Positions 50,998 through 62,316 are shown, counted from the first letter of the stretch. The stretch: 64,000 nucleotides of DNA from Gammaproteobacteria bacterium (GCA_965222615.1 CBDCUI010000008.1:834222-898221); one strand, 5' to 3'. Notes: generated by a model not told the origin, from the letters alone. A program made the numbers and translations.

Positions 50998-52383
50998 ATG
51001 GCAGGTTCAATAACATCATTAGGAATTGGTTCGGGAATCGATATCGAGTCGATCGTTAATCAGCTCGTTGCGGTAGAACGCCGTCCAATCCAATTTCTTG
51101 AAGCGCAACAAGCTGAAATTGATATTCAGATAAGTGCACTGGGCTTAGTACAAGAGTCGGTATCCAGCTTTCAAAATGCCGTTGCAGGTTTAAGTTTAGC
51201 TAGTGGATTTAGAGCATTTGCAGTTGAGTCTAGTGATGAAGAAGTGCTGTCGGCTACAGCAGGAGAAGGTTCTGTCCCAATTTCAAGCGATATAGAAGTA
51301 TTAACTTTAGCACAAAGGAATAAACTTGCATCTTCCGCCTATGCGAGTACCAGTAGTGTGGTTGGAACAGGCCAACTTAATATTGCAGTGGGAGTCGATA
51401 GCTTTTCGATCAGTATCGATGAAACCAATAATACTTTAGAAGGAATTCGCACCGCTATTAATGAAAATTTAAGCAATTCGGGTGTATCGGCATCAATTGT
51501 AACAGCTGATGATGGTAGCCACTTAGTGTTGAGTTCAGATGAAGCTGGAATTGCAAATGCGCTGACGATAACGGTCATGGGTGATGGGGATGGTAATGAT
51601 ACCGATGCAGCAGGATTATCGAACTTGGTTTTTGATTCTGGTGGTACACAAAATCTTCAAGAAATTGACGTGGCCAAAGATGCAACGCTAACTGTGGATG
51701 GTTTTTCCATTACTAGATCATCCAATGAAATCTCCGATGTGATCGAAGGAGTAACGCTGACATTAAAAGGGGAAGGTACAGCATCTTTGAGTGTATCTGA
51801 AGATCGAACAGTGGCACAAAGCGCAATTGAAGCAGTTGTTGCAGCATACAACGATTTAATTGTCTCACTAAACACACAAAGAGAAACTACTTTGCAAGGT
51901 GAGTCATTATTACTTGGAATTGAAACACGAATTAGGCAAGCATTTACTAATCGTTTTCAAGTTACTGGAAGTAACTTATCATATTTGTTTGATATTGGCC
52001 TAACTTTTGACCGTGATGGCATACTGAGCCTGGATAGCGACAAATTCACACAAGCCATTGAAAATGATTTTAAAGGAGTTGTACAGTTATTTACTGATCC
52101 AGAGAATGGGTTTGCTCAATCACTTGATTCAATCCTATCTAGTTACTTACAAACAGGTGGATTAATTCAAGCACGAACTGATGGATTAACTGATAGTCGA
52201 TCGCAAATAGATGAAGATATCGAACGCATAGAAGATCGTGTTGAGTTAACAGAAGAACGTCTACGGCGCCAATATACGGCATTGGATTCTCTTGTAAACC
52301 AGTTAAACGCTACGAGTAACTTTTTAACACAGCAATTAGCAAACCTACCAACTAACACACTAATTAATCGTAACAACAACTAA
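50998..52383 (+). CDS. fliD: flagellar filament cap FliD
   Basis: 461 aa; conserved termini. Confidence 0.9.
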   Translation: MAGSITSLGIGSGIDIESIVNQLVAVERRPIQFLEAQQAEIDIQISALGLVQESVSSFQNAVAGLSLASGFRAFAVESSDEEVLSATAGEGSVPISSDIEVLTLAQRNKLASSAYASTSSVVGTGQLNIAVGVDSFSISIDETNNTLEGIRTAINENLSNSGVSASIVTADDGSHLVLSSDEAGIANALTITVMGDGDGNDTDAAGLSNLVFDSGGTQNLQEIDVAKDATLTVDGFSITRSSNEISDVIEGVTLTLKGEGTASLSVSEDRTVAQSAIEAVVAAYNDLIVSLNTQRETTLQGESLLLGIETRIRQAFTNRFQVTGSNLSYLFDIGLTFDRDGILSLDSDKFTQAIENDFKGVVQLFTDPENGFAQSLDSILSSYLQTGGLIQARTDGLTDSRSQIDEDIERIEDRVELTEERLRRQYTALDSLVNQLNATSNFLTQQLANLPTNTLINRNNN

Positions 52384-52391
52384 TATTTTGA

Positions 52392-52820
52392 TTGTTAAAT
52401 TTTGAAAAAGGGATAGTAATTATGAACACGACAGCAGCTTTTGCATTAGATGAATATCGTAGTAGTGGTGCTCATGGGGATGTAGAACAAGCTGATGCAC
52501 ATGGTTTAGTAAATCTGTTATTTAAAGGTGCAATTGATAATATAGTTTCTGCAAAAGGCTATATTGAACGAAAACAAATACAGGAAAAAGCAGCCGCTAT
52601 CACAAAATCCATCGCAATTCTAGACGGGCTCCGTTCTAGTCTAAATGTCGAAGGCGGAGGAGATATTGCGCAAAATTTAGATGATTTGTATGACTATATG
52701 CAAAGACGCTTAGTAGTCGCCAATGCAGATAATGATGTAGATATCATTCAAGAAGTGGCGGGGCTACTAGGTGAAATTCAAGAAGCTTGGAACAGCATTC
52801 CTAAAGACGCTCGTTTATAA
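52392..52820 (+). CDS. fliS: flagellin chaperone FliS (start more likely at Met 52422)
   Basis: FliS four-helix family. Confidence 0.85.
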   Translation: MLNFEKGIVIMNTTAAFALDEYRSSGAHGDVEQADAHGLVNLLFKGAIDNIVSAKGYIERKQIQEKAAAITKSIAILDGLRSSLNVEGGGDIAQNLDDLYDYMQRRLVVANADNDVDIIQEVAGLLGEIQEAWNSIPKDARL

Positions 52821-52857
52821 AAGTGCTGTTCTGGTCGTAGTAGGTTAACACGACGAA

Positions 52858-53163
52858 ATGAATATAAAAGAACGGCTCAATATTCTAGACAATACAGGCA
52901 AGGACCTTCTTGCCGCAATCGAAAATAAGTCTTGGGATGTAGCTTTACATTATTCCCATGAATGGAGTGCCTGTATACGAGACTTATTCGATTGTGTGAC
53001 TTCTGATCAATTTATGCTATACGAAAGTGAATTACTAAATATTGAAAATCAACTCCAAGATGTGACAGGAAAGTTAACGCATTTACGTGCCAAAACTTTG
53101 ACGCAGTTACAAGATATTAGTAAGTACCATGCTTTTAATAAGCTCTATAGCGATAGGGAATGA
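52858..53163 (+). CDS. small helical protein in the fliT position, FliT-like
   Basis: 101-aa ORF; assignment by position and size only. Confidence 0.35.
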   Translation: MNIKERLNILDNTGKDLLAAIENKSWDVALHYSHEWSACIRDLFDCVTSDQFMLYESELLNIENQLQDVTGKLTHLRAKTLTQLQDISKYHAFNKLYSDRE

Positions 53164-53455
53164 GTAGAATAGTTGTGGATGTAAACTTTTTCTATATTGA
53201 AGTTATTCAAATAAGTTAATGATGCTAAAAAGTATTATCTTCTGTTAGCCTTTAATTATTTCAATATTTGCGCTAGGTTTTTATTATAACTATGGTTACA
53301 ATAAGTTATATGGAAATTCGATCTAGATCTAGTTGGATTTCATAAACCTTACAAGCTGGAAGGGAGTACAGCTATCACAGCAATCTAGTGGAGTATGTGA
53401 GTTCCTTTAAATAAACGTTATTTCGTTGCTTATTTAAAAAGGATGAATTATAGGG

Positions 53456-54556
53456 ATGGGGATTGAACAATCAGTAACAGGATCTTTCTTAGAGGCTGAA
53501 CATCTGTCCCATGGTGGAAGAAGGACAAATAATAAATCACTCTTAGATGGGCACAGTAAAGCTATTCAGCGTGTAGGCGATCTTATCGAGCGTGTTGCAA
53601 ATACCGATGCAAACGTATTGGTGCTTGGTGAGTCAGGTACTGGTAAAGAAGTAGTAGCGCGCAGTATCCATACCATTTCTAACCGCTCGCCCAACTATTT
53701 TGTACCGGTTAATTGTGCGGCTATTCCTCAGGATCTTTTAGAGAGTGAGCTGTTTGGTCATGTTAAAGGAGCATTTACAGGCGCCATTACTGATCGCAAA
53801 GGTCGTTTTGAATTAGCGAAAGGTGGCACGATATTTCTCGATGAAATCGGGGATATGGATCTTAATATGCAGGCAAAGCTCTTGCGTGTACTACAGGAAA
53901 AAGTATTTGAACCTGTTGGTGGAACCAAACCGATTCGTGCAGATGTAAGGGTGATTGCGGCAACTCATCGTAATTTAGATGAGATGGTTACTAAAGGTGA
54001 GTTTAGAGAAGATTTATTTTATCGCCTACATGTATTCCCTATAGAATTACCACCTCTACGCAGGCGCGCTGAAGATCTACCAGCGTTAGTATATGCTATT
54101 ACAGATAAGTTGCGGCGTGAAACTGGAAAAGAAATTAAAGTCACATCGGATGCTTTGGACGTTTTAACGCGTTATACCTGGCCAGGAAATGTTAGAGAAT
54201 TATCAAATTTGCTTGAACGGCTAAGTATTTTGTATCCTGATACTGCAGTTGATGCGTCAAAATTACCTGGTAGATATAATTCTCTTTCGAATTATGAAAA
54301 TGTAGAAAGAGATTCTATTGTTCAATATTCGGAATCTATTCAGCCTGAATCTAATTTAGGAGGACTACCTCCACTCACCTCTAAAGGTGTTGATCTAAAA
54401 TCACAAATAACATCAGTAGAGCAATACTACATTCTACAAGCACTAGATATGGCAAATGGTGTTGTCGCTCAAGCAGCAAAGTTGCTTGGTTTACGTCGAA
54501 CTACACTTGTAGAAAAGTTAAAAAAGCATGATTTACGTCGTTCAGTAACGCCATAG
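53456..54556 (+). CDS. fleQ: sigma-54-dependent flagellar activator (FleQ/FlrA-like) consisting only of AAA+ and HTH domains, with no N-terminal receiver domain
   Basis: 366 aa; [21 protein letters not shown] motifs and C-terminal HTH; the 292 bp upstream are AT-rich non-coding. Confidence 0.8.
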   Translation: MGIEQSVTGSFLEAEHLSHGGRRTNNKSLLDGHSKAIQRVGDLIERVANTDANVLVLGESGTGKEVVARSIHTISNRSPNYFVPVNCAAIPQDLLESELFGHVKGAFTGAITDRKGRFELAKGGTIFLDEIGDMDLNMQAKLLRVLQEKVFEPVGGTKPIRADVRVIAATHRNLDEMVTKGEFREDLFYRLHVFPIELPPLRRRAEDLPALVYAITDKLRRETGKEIKVTSDALDVLTRYTWPGNVRELSNLLERLSILYPDTAVDASKLPGRYNSLSNYENVERDSIVQYSESIQPESNLGGLPPLTSKGVDLKSQITSVEQYYILQALDMANGVVAQAAKLLGLRRTTLVEKLKKHDLRRSVTP

Positions 54557-54615
54557 ATTTGACGTAACCCTTCTTTTAAATCTGTAAGTTCCTGTATCTT
54601 AAGAAAAACTAAAGT

Positions 54616-54632
54616 AGGCATGTTGCTTGCAT
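54616..54632 (+). promoter_or_regulatory. sigma-54-like promoter upstream of fleS-fleR
   Basis: aGGCATgttgcTTGCAt (GG-N10-GC). Confidence 0.35.
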
Positions 54633-54655
54633 AGTGAATATCGTGCGTCATATTT

Positions 54656-55888
54656 TTGATGCACTGGAAACTATGTAAAACAAAGAGGATATGTCTAATG
54701 GAAGTAGCAATAGATCAATCTAAACAATCGCTAGAATCTGCATTTGATGATTTCAATCGTGTATCAGTCGATTTGACACATGCCTATAGTTTGCTGGAGA
54801 AAAGAATTAAAGATCTTCACAAAGAACTAGAAATCGCACGTAGTGAAAAGATTCACCAACTAATCGAAAAAGAAAACCTAGCTGATCGGCTATCTGTATT
54901 AATCCGAACATTACCAGTAGGGGTCATAGTTCTTGATGATTACGGAAAAATAATAGAACACAACGAAATTGCTGGAACACTAATCGGCACAAATTTAAGC
55001 GATAAGCTATGGACAAAGATAGCTAAAAAACATTTGGCACCAGGTTATTCTGGAAATTCAGAAATATGCCTCAAAGATGGACGTTACATATCATTAAAAA
55101 TAGAAGACCAAAAGCATGGTGAAGGCAAAATTATTGTAATTACAGATGTTACTGAACAGCATGAATTGCATGAATCAGCAAGTAGGCAAGATCGATTAGA
55201 AACATTGGGTAAGATGGTCGCATCACTTGCCCATCAGATAAGAACCCCATTAACCGCAGCTTTTTTATATACATCTAGTTTAGAAAAGCGCATAAATAGA
55301 CAAGATCTATCATTTCAACTCATTGAGAATATTAAACATAGTCTTCAAAGTTTAGAAAAAACAGTAAACGATATGCTTTCATATGCAAAGGGAGAATGGG
55401 AACTAAATGATTTATTTGCTCTCGATAAACTGGCCGCAAACATTAAAAAAGATATTGATACGGAATTTGGACAATATTTAGTTGATTTTAAATTATTGAT
55501 AACAGATAACAATCCAAATATATCAGTCAATTACACAGCTTTTTGGGGTGCAATCAAAAATGTCATTCATAATGCGATTCAAGCAAGTGATTATGATTCT
55601 AAAGTTGTAGTTGAAGTTAGTAAGAATGCTTCAAGCGTTATATTTTCTATACGAGATAAAGGGGATGGTATAACAGAAGGAATCAAAGAAAAAATATTTG
55701 AGCCATTTTTTACTACTAAAGCGGGAGGGACAGGTTTGGGTTTAGCAGTGGTTAAGTCTGTTATTGAGACACACCAGGGTAATATAGAAGTCCTCGATGA
55801 AATTCCTCATGGAACATGCGTAAACATTCACATACCTGAATTTACAGAATTTATGCCTATTTCAAGTTCAACTGAAAAAAACCTATAA
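54656..55888 (+). CDS. fleS: flagellar sensor histidine kinase FleS/FlrB-like (PAS + HisKA + HATPase); start may be Met 54698
   Basis: 410 aa; H-box LAHQIRTPL, G-box GGTGLGLAV. Confidence 0.8.
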   Translation: MMHWKLCKTKRICLMEVAIDQSKQSLESAFDDFNRVSVDLTHAYSLLEKRIKDLHKELEIARSEKIHQLIEKENLADRLSVLIRTLPVGVIVLDDYGKIIEHNEIAGTLIGTNLSDKLWTKIAKKHLAPGYSGNSEICLKDGRYISLKIEDQKHGEGKIIVITDVTEQHELHESASRQDRLETLGKMVASLAHQIRTPLTAAFLYTSSLEKRINRQDLSFQLIENIKHSLQSLEKTVNDMLSYAKGEWELNDLFALDKLAANIKKDIDTEFGQYLVDFKLLITDNNPNISVNYTAFWGAIKNVIHNAIQASDYDSKVVVEVSKNASSVIFSIRDKGDGITEGIKEKIFEPFFTTKAGGTGLGLAVVKSVIETHQGNIEVLDEIPHGTCVNIHIPEFTEFMPISSSTEKNL

Positions 55889-55909
55889 ATCTAAATTACG
55901 AGGTGAGAA

Positions 55910-57268
55910 ATGCGGTCAGGGAATGTTCTTATTGTTGAAGATGATAAAAAGTTGAGTGAGGCTATTGCAGGCGCAATACGTGAACATGGTTTTTCAGTAT
56001 ATGAAAGCAGTTCACCAATGCGGGCTATGAATCAATTAGGTAAAGAGCGCTTTGATATTGTTTTAAGTGATATTCAATTTGATAAATCTGTGTCATCAAA
56101 TGATCCGATTATTGATGGCTATCAATTTCTCGAGGCAATAAAACGGAAATATTTAACACTACCTGTTGTTTTAATGACAGCATATGGAACGATTGAAAAG
56201 GCTGTAACTTCAATACAAAATGGTGCAAGTGATTATCTAGTAAAACCATTTGATTCCGAATATTTAATTAGTGTTATAAAAAAGAATTTACGTGTAAATG
56301 TCTCTAAATATTCAAATGACAATAATTTCATCTCAGTTGATAAAAAATCGATAGAAACAAAAAAAATTGCTAGAAGAGTTGCTATTACTTCTGTATCGGT
56401 ATTTTTGCGTGGTGAAAGTGGTACAGGTAAAGAAGTGTTAGCACGATACATTCATTCCAATTCACCCCGTGCCAAGTGTCCATTTGTTGCAATTAATTGT
56501 GCGGCAATACCTGAAAATATGCTTGAAGCAGTACTCTTTGGCTATGAAAAAGGCGCATATACAGGAGCTCATCAAGCAAAAGCTGGAAAATTTGAGGAGG
56601 CACAAGAAGGAACATTATTGTTAGATGAGATATCTGAAATGGACTTAACCCTACAAGCAAAACTATTACGAGTTTTACAGGAGAAGCAAGTAGAGAGACT
56701 TGGTGGGAAAAAGTTAATTGATCTCGATGTGAGAATAGTAGCGACGTCTAATAGAAATTTGAAGGAAGAGGTTAAAAACGGAAAATTCAGAGAAGATCTT
56801 TATTATAGATTAAATGTTTTCCCTATTAATTTATATCCTTTGCGAGAGCGTACAGAAGATATCCTTCCTTTATCTTATGTATTTATTAATAAATTTTCTC
56901 CAAATAATTCGATAGAAATTTCTGAACTGGCTCGTAAGCGACTTATTCAATATGAATGGCCTGGAAATGTAAGAGAGTTAGAGAATGTAATACAGCGTGC
57001 AATTGTATTATGCAGCGGTAATGTAATCGAAGAAAATGTATTGGAATTGGATGAATTTGAAGATGAAGATAATAATAAAGTTACAAATTTGACAACAGAT
57101 TTGAAGTCACATGAGCAAGAGTTGATATTGAAAGCACTAGAGTCAGAGCATGGAAATAGAAAGATAGTTGCAGAAAAGTTAGGGATCAGTCCGAGAACAC
57201 TTCGCTATAAAATTGCAAAAATGAAGGAAAGTGGAATTGCAATCCCACCAGTATTTAGAACAGTTTAG
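55910..57268 (+). CDS. fleR: sigma-54-dependent response regulator FleR/FlrC-like (REC + AAA+ + HTH)
   Basis: 452 aa; receiver D54-equivalent, [14 protein letters not shown]. Confidence 0.88.
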   Translation: MRSGNVLIVEDDKKLSEAIAGAIREHGFSVYESSSPMRAMNQLGKERFDIVLSDIQFDKSVSSNDPIIDGYQFLEAIKRKYLTLPVVLMTAYGTIEKAVTSIQNGASDYLVKPFDSEYLISVIKKNLRVNVSKYSNDNNFISVDKKSIETKKIARRVAITSVSVFLRGESGTGKEVLARYIHSNSPRAKCPFVAINCAAIPENMLEAVLFGYEKGAYTGAHQAKAGKFEEAQEGTLLLDEISEMDLTLQAKLLRVLQEKQVERLGGKKLIDLDVRIVATSNRNLKEEVKNGKFREDLYYRLNVFPINLYPLRERTEDILPLSYVFINKFSPNNSIEISELARKRLIQYEWPGNVRELENVIQRAIVLCSGNVIEENVLELDEFEDEDNNKVTNLTTDLKSHEQELILKALESEHGNRKIVAEKLGISPRTLRYKIAKMKESGIAIPPVFRTV

Positions 57269-57292
57269 ATAACTTAGTAAGGAATAATTATT

Positions 57293-57607
57293 ATGAGTGA
57301 CATAAAAATCAATGAATTACTTAGTCAAATAAGAAGTATTTCAAAACAAATAGAGCCAAATGTTAATTTACAAGAAGAAGAACAGCTAAATTTCACATCA
57401 GTTTTAAAGAGTTCAATTGACAAAGTTAATCAACAACAAATGAAAGCAGCAGAGTTAGCTAATAGCTTCGAAAAAGGTGATGCAACGGTAGAATTGTCCA
57501 GGGTAATGATAGAAATGCAAAAAGCAAGGGTCTCATTTGAGGCAGCTAAACAAGTACGAAATCAATTGGTAACGGCATACCAAGAGATCATGAGTATGCC
57601 TGTTTAG
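57293..57607 (+). CDS. fliE: flagellar hook-basal body protein FliE
   Basis: 104 aa. Confidence 0.85.
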   Translation: MSDIKINELLSQIRSISKQIEPNVNLQEEEQLNFTSVLKSSIDKVNQQQMKAAELANSFEKGDATVELSRVMIEMQKARVSFEAAKQVRNQLVTAYQEIMSMPV

Positions 57608-57643
57608 AAAAATATTACTATGGTTGAAACAGAGAACTAATAT

Positions 57644-59299
57644 ATGGCTACCACTATTGATGGTGCAGAAGCTCCAACAGCCTTTAATCCAGGAGTTTTT
57701 TTTCGCCAACTATTTTCCCATTTAAGCATTATTTTTGGTTTAGCAGCCGTGTTGGCTTTAGGGGTAGGAGTTACGCTTTGGTCAATAAAGCCAGAGTTTA
57801 GTCCTTTGTATTCGAATTTATCTCAATCAGATACGGGGCTTGTTGCTGATTCATTGCGAGCTTCTAATATACCGTTTCGAATCGATTCTGCATCAGGTCA
57901 GGTTTTAGTTGCCAATAATAAAATTAGTGAGGCAAAGATATTACTTGCATCTGAAGGTTTACCTCAATCTAGTGGAACAGGGTTTGAGGTTTTAAAAGAA
58001 AAGTCTTCTTTAGGTACCAGTCAGTTTATGGAATCAGCTCGTTATCAGCATGCATTAGAAATTGAGTTGAGCCGCACAATTGGTGGAATGCGGAATATTG
58101 ACAGTGCAAGGGTTCATATAGCAATGCCAAAACATTCGGTATTTGTACGAAATCGTGGTGTGACCTCAGCATCGATTATGCTCAAGCTTATGCCAGGAAG
58201 AGTTTTAGAGTCAGGACAAGCAGAGTCTATTACACATTTAGTTGCATCGAGTGTACCTTACCTTGAAACAAATAACGTAACAATTGTTAATCAATGGGGA
58301 CAGTTGTTAAGTTCATCTAGTGAAAATGATGTCATTGCTCAGTCAGAAAAACAGTTGAAATATAAAAAAGAACTAGAAAGAACATATTCAAAACGCATTG
58401 AGGAATTATTAACACCAATATATGGGATAAATAAAATAAAAGCGCAAGTTAATGCAGAAATTGAATTTGCTAAAAGTGAAAGTGCAGAAGAATTGTTTGA
58501 CCCTGATGCGCAACAAGTTAGAAGTGAGCGAATCTCTGATCAGCGCAATGAAGGGTCATCGTCTGTTGCGGTTGGTATACCAGGTGCTTTAAGTAATCAG
58601 CCTCCTGCAGGAGGCGAATTACAGCAACAGGCATCACAAGATGAAGAGTCTACGTCAACAACTTCTTCTCCAGTTTCTTCGACACAAAACACAGTACGAA
58701 ATTATGAGCTTGATAAGACATTGCGATATACACAAGAAGCTAAGAGTCTCATAAATCGTATCACAGTAGCGATTGTTGTGGATGACAAAGAGATAGTTAA
58801 TGAAGCGGGTGAAGCAGTAAAATCACCGTTAGATGGCGAAGATTTTGCATTAATACGTGGAATTGTGCGTGATGCCATTGGGTTCGATGAAGAGCGTGGT
58901 GACAGTATTACTGTATATAACAGTAGTTTCATTCCAGAAGAAATTATTGAAGAGCCACCTGCTATACCAATCTGGAAACAACCTTGGCTACTATCTATTA
59001 TTAAGCAAGTTTTTGCAGGAATTGCAGTGCTAATCATTTTATTTATGGTTGTGCGTCCGGCGATGAAGACACTTCAGAATAAACACAAGTCTATTGCGAC
59101 AGGTGAGGTTGTAGGTACAGGAGAATTGCAAAATGATGTAACTGGAACGAATGCAATGCTTGCAAATTCTTCAAAAAGCCTTGCGGTAACTCATCCTAAT
59201 TATGTGCAACAGTTAGCGATGGCTAAAGAGTTAGTAGCGCAAGATCCTAAACAGGTAGCAAAAATAGTAAAAAATTGGGTAACACCTGATGAAGAGTAA
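57644..59299 (+). CDS. fliF: flagellar MS-ring protein FliF
   Basis: 551 aa. Confidence 0.93.
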   Translation: MATTIDGAEAPTAFNPGVFFRQLFSHLSIIFGLAAVLALGVGVTLWSIKPEFSPLYSNLSQSDTGLVADSLRASNIPFRIDSASGQVLVANNKISEAKILLASEGLPQSSGTGFEVLKEKSSLGTSQFMESARYQHALEIELSRTIGGMRNIDSARVHIAMPKHSVFVRNRGVTSASIMLKLMPGRVLESGQAESITHLVASSVPYLETNNVTIVNQWGQLLSSSSENDVIAQSEKQLKYKKELERTYSKRIEELLTPIYGINKIKAQVNAEIEFAKSESAEELFDPDAQQVRSERISDQRNEGSSSVAVGIPGALSNQPPAGGELQQQASQDEESTSTTSSPVSSTQNTVRNYELDKTLRYTQEAKSLINRITVAIVVDDKEIVNEAGEAVKSPLDGEDFALIRGIVRDAIGFDEERGDSITVYNSSFIPEEIIEEPPAIPIWKQPWLLSIIKQVFAGIAVLIILFMVVRPAMKTLQNKHKSIATGEVVGTGELQNDVTGTNAMLANSSKSLAVTHPNYVQQLAMAKELVAQDPKQVAKIVKNWVTPDEE

Positions 59300-60308
59300 A
59301 GTAGAGCCTGAAGCTGATGAATTAAATGGTGCGCAACGTGCTGCGGTATTGTTAATGGTACTTGGTGAGTCAGAGGCATCAAGAGTTCTTAAGTTTATGG
59401 ATCCAGAAGAACTTGAGGTTATTGGCTCTGCTATGAATGAGATAAAGGATGTTACACAAAATCACATATATGATGTTTTGAATGATTTTGATAGTAATAA
59501 CCAAATGCATACACCGCTTGATATCGGCTCGCAAGATTATCTTAAAAAAATATTAGTACAAGCATTAGGGCAAAATAAAGCTAATGGCATTATGTCTCGT
59601 ATTATTTTAGGGCCAGATGCAAGTGGATTGGAAGTATTAAAATGGGCTGATCCAGCATATATTGCAGATGTGATTAAGGAAGAACATCCTCAATTAATTG
59701 CAATTTTATTAGTACACTTAAAAATTGAACAAGCTGGAAAAGTTTTAGAAATTCTTGATGAAGAAAAAAGAACAAATGTTTTGTTAAGAGTGGCTAAACT
59801 TAGTGAAATTAATTCTTCAGCACTTAAAGAGTTAGAAGATCTTGTAGAAAATAGATTTTCAAAAGAGGCTAATACTAAAATTAAAAATTTAGGAGGTGTT
59901 AATACAGCAGCAAATATTTTGAATAACGTGGATAAAGATACTGAGAATAATATTGTAGAAGAGCTTAAAAAAATAGATGAACAATTGTGTGAAGAAATTA
60001 AAGGGAAAATGTTTGTATTTGATAATCTTCTTCAAGTAGATGACCGTGGCATGCAAACAATTTTACGAGAAGCTCCCCAAGACAAGTTGGTTATTGCATT
60101 GAAAGGGGCAAGCAGTGAAATATCTAACAAAATATTTAAAAATATGTCAAAACGAGCAGCCGAGTTATTAAAAGATGATTTAGAAGCTTCTGGTCCTGTT
60201 CGTTTATCTGAAGTTGAAGAGGCGCAAAAAGAAATATTAGAAGTAGCGCTTAGATTAGCAGAGGAAGGTACAATCATGCTAGGTGGGAAAGGGGAAACTT
60301 TCCTGTAA
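59289..60308 (+). CDS. fliG: flagellar motor switch protein FliG
   Basis: 339 aa; overlaps fliF by 11 nt. Confidence 0.93.
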   Translation: MKSKVEPEADELNGAQRAAVLLMVLGESEASRVLKFMDPEELEVIGSAMNEIKDVTQNHIYDVLNDFDSNNQMHTPLDIGSQDYLKKILVQALGQNKANGIMSRIILGPDASGLEVLKWADPAYIADVIKEEHPQLIAILLVHLKIEQAGKVLEILDEEKRTNVLLRVAKLSEINSSALKELEDLVENRFSKEANTKIKNLGGVNTAANILNNVDKDTENNIVEELKKIDEQLCEEIKGKMFVFDNLLQVDDRGMQTILREAPQDKLVIALKGASSEISNKIFKNMSKRAAELLKDDLEASGPVRLSEVEEAQKEILEVALRLAEEGTIMLGGKGETFL

Positions 60309-60323
60309 AAACTTATCATTATC

Positions 60324-60926
60324 ATGCAAAAAGACAAAACTTGGCAGCCTGCATCAATTTCAAATTTTCAAATATCTAAAGAAAGCCCATATTTAGATAG
60401 AGATTTGTCACCTGCTAGCAATCAACTATCTTATAGTGAGAAATTAAAAAGAGGGTATGAAGAAGGGTTGAAGAAAGCTGAAAGTGAATTGAACGGATAT
60501 AGAAAAACTTTAGAAGATATCTTAAATGGAATGTTAAATCCTCTTCAAGAAATAGACAATGAAGTTATCGATTCAATTGCAAATCTTTCTATATCAATCT
60601 CTAAACAAATTATCAGAAGAGAGCTGCAAATTCGTTCTGATCAAGTAGTATCGGTTGTTAGAGAAGCTATCAAGATGTTACCACTTGATAAAAATCATCT
60701 TACTATTCACTTAAATTCAAAAGATGTGAAGATAGTACGTAATGTATTTAGCAATGATGAAATAACGGAGAACTATTCATTTATAGAAGACCCATCTATA
60801 GAGCCAGGAGGATGTAAGTTAGTAGCTGAAGATTCCTTTATAGATGCAACCCTTGATTCACAAATTGCACAAATCGCCGCTAAGATTTTTGGAAGTCAGC
60901 GCATAGCCGATAATTCTGATGGTTAA
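60324..60926 (+). CDS. fliH: flagellar export protein FliH
   Basis: 200 aa; position and FliH-like C-terminus. Confidence 0.75.
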   Translation: MQKDKTWQPASISNFQISKESPYLDRDLSPASNQLSYSEKLKRGYEEGLKKAESELNGYRKTLEDILNGMLNPLQEIDNEVIDSIANLSISISKQIIRRELQIRSDQVVSVVREAIKMLPLDKNHLTIHLNSKDVKIVRNVFSNDEITENYSFIEDPSIEPGGCKLVAEDSFIDATLDSQIAQIAAKIFGSQRIADNSDG

Positions 60927-62289
60927 TATGATTCATGCTACACAATATTTAGCGCACCGGAAACAACATTGGATTGATGCTATCAATACAATACAAGAAT
61001 CATTATCTCCTTTTGATTATATCGTTGAAGGAAGGCTTACTCGGTTAGTGGGTTTGACTATGGAGGCAGAGGGTTGTCAGGTAAATGTTGGTGGTCGTTG
61101 TTTGATTATGTCTCCGGATAACAGACAACTTGAAGCTGAGGTTGTAGGTTTCTCTGGAAGTAAGAGTTATTTAATGCCAATTGGAAGTATGCATGGCGCT
61201 GTTCTCGGGGCCCGTGTAATTCCAACACAGGACAATCATAAGTTACCAGTTGGCTCAGAGTTACTGGGACGTGTAATCGATGGGGCCTGTCAGGCCTTGG
61301 ATAATAAGGGTGCGATAAAGACTAGTGAAATTCGAAGCTTAGAAGGTAGAGTAATTAATCCATTTGAGCGTAAACCTATTCAAACACCTCTTGATGTTGG
61401 TGTGAAGTCAATAAATGGTTTGTTCAGTATAGGTACTGGGCAACGCATGGGTTTATTTGCCGGAAGTGGTGTTGGAAAAAGCATGCTGTTAGGCATGATG
61501 ACAAAATACACATCAGCTGATGTAACAGTAGTTGCATTGATAGGTGAACGTGGTAGAGAAGTGAAAGAATTTATTGATCAAATTCTTGGTAAAGACGGCC
61601 TAGCTAATACAGTAGTGGTGGCTGCCCCTGCAGATTGCTCGCCTTTGCAACGGGTCCATGCAGCAATGTATGCAACAACTATTTCAGAATATTTCCGTGA
61701 CAATGGTAAACATGTTTTATTATTGATGGATTCGTTGACAAGAGTTGCGCAATCACATAGAGAGATAGCTCTAGCAGTAGGAGAACCACCGGCCACAAAA
61801 GGCTACCCACCATCAGTGTTTGCAAAATTGCCTGCACTTGTAGAACGAGCAGGAAATTCGAATGCGCGAGGGGGATCCATCACTGCATTTTATACAGTGC
61901 TGGTAGAAGGAGATGATCATAATGATCCGATTGCAGATGCAACAAGAGCTATTCTTGACGGACATATTACTTTATCAAGAACTTTGGCGGAAGCAGGCCA
62001 TTTTCCTGCAATTGATGTTGAAGCATCTGTAAGCAGGCTGGTACAGGCTGTATGTAAAGCTGATCAGATTAAAATGGCGCAAAGGTTTAGAGAAATATAT
62101 TCTCGTTATAAAAAGCATGAAGATATGATCAACCTCGGAGTTTATCAGGAAGGTACTGATCAAAGTATTGATGAAGCAATACAAATATTTCCTAAGCTAA
62201 ATAAATTTTTAAGACAAGATATCGGTGAATCCTATGACTTTGAAGAGTCTATTAATGAGATGTCAAATTCAATGCTACTTGATTCATAA
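60919..62289 (+). CDS. fliI: flagellum-specific ATPase FliI
   Basis: 456 aa; Walker A GSGVGKS, strongly conserved. Confidence 0.95.
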   Translation: MVNMIHATQYLAHRKQHWIDAINTIQESLSPFDYIVEGRLTRLVGLTMEAEGCQVNVGGRCLIMSPDNRQLEAEVVGFSGSKSYLMPIGSMHGAVLGARVIPTQDNHKLPVGSELLGRVIDGACQALDNKGAIKTSEIRSLEGRVINPFERKPIQTPLDVGVKSINGLFSIGTGQRMGLFAGSGVGKSMLLGMMTKYTSADVTVVALIGERGREVKEFIDQILGKDGLANTVVVAAPADCSPLQRVHAAMYATTISEYFRDNGKHVLLLMDSLTRVAQSHREIALAVGEPPATKGYPPSVFAKLPALVERAGNSNARGGSITAFYTVLVEGDDHNDPIADATRAILDGHITLSRTLAEAGHFPAIDVEASVSRLVQAVCKADQIKMAQRFREIYSRYKKHEDMINLGVYQEGTDQSIDEAIQIFPKLNKFLRQDIGESYDFEESINEMSNSMLLDS

Positions 62290-62316
62290 ATAAATATAAA
62301 CCTTAAATAGATTGTT

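Noticed and set aside
53164-53455. Possibility that a FleQ receiver domain is encoded upstream in another frame (frameshifted fleQ)
   Set aside because: All three forward frames of this 292-bp, more than 70% AT segment are dense with stop codons. No REC-like peptide can be read.
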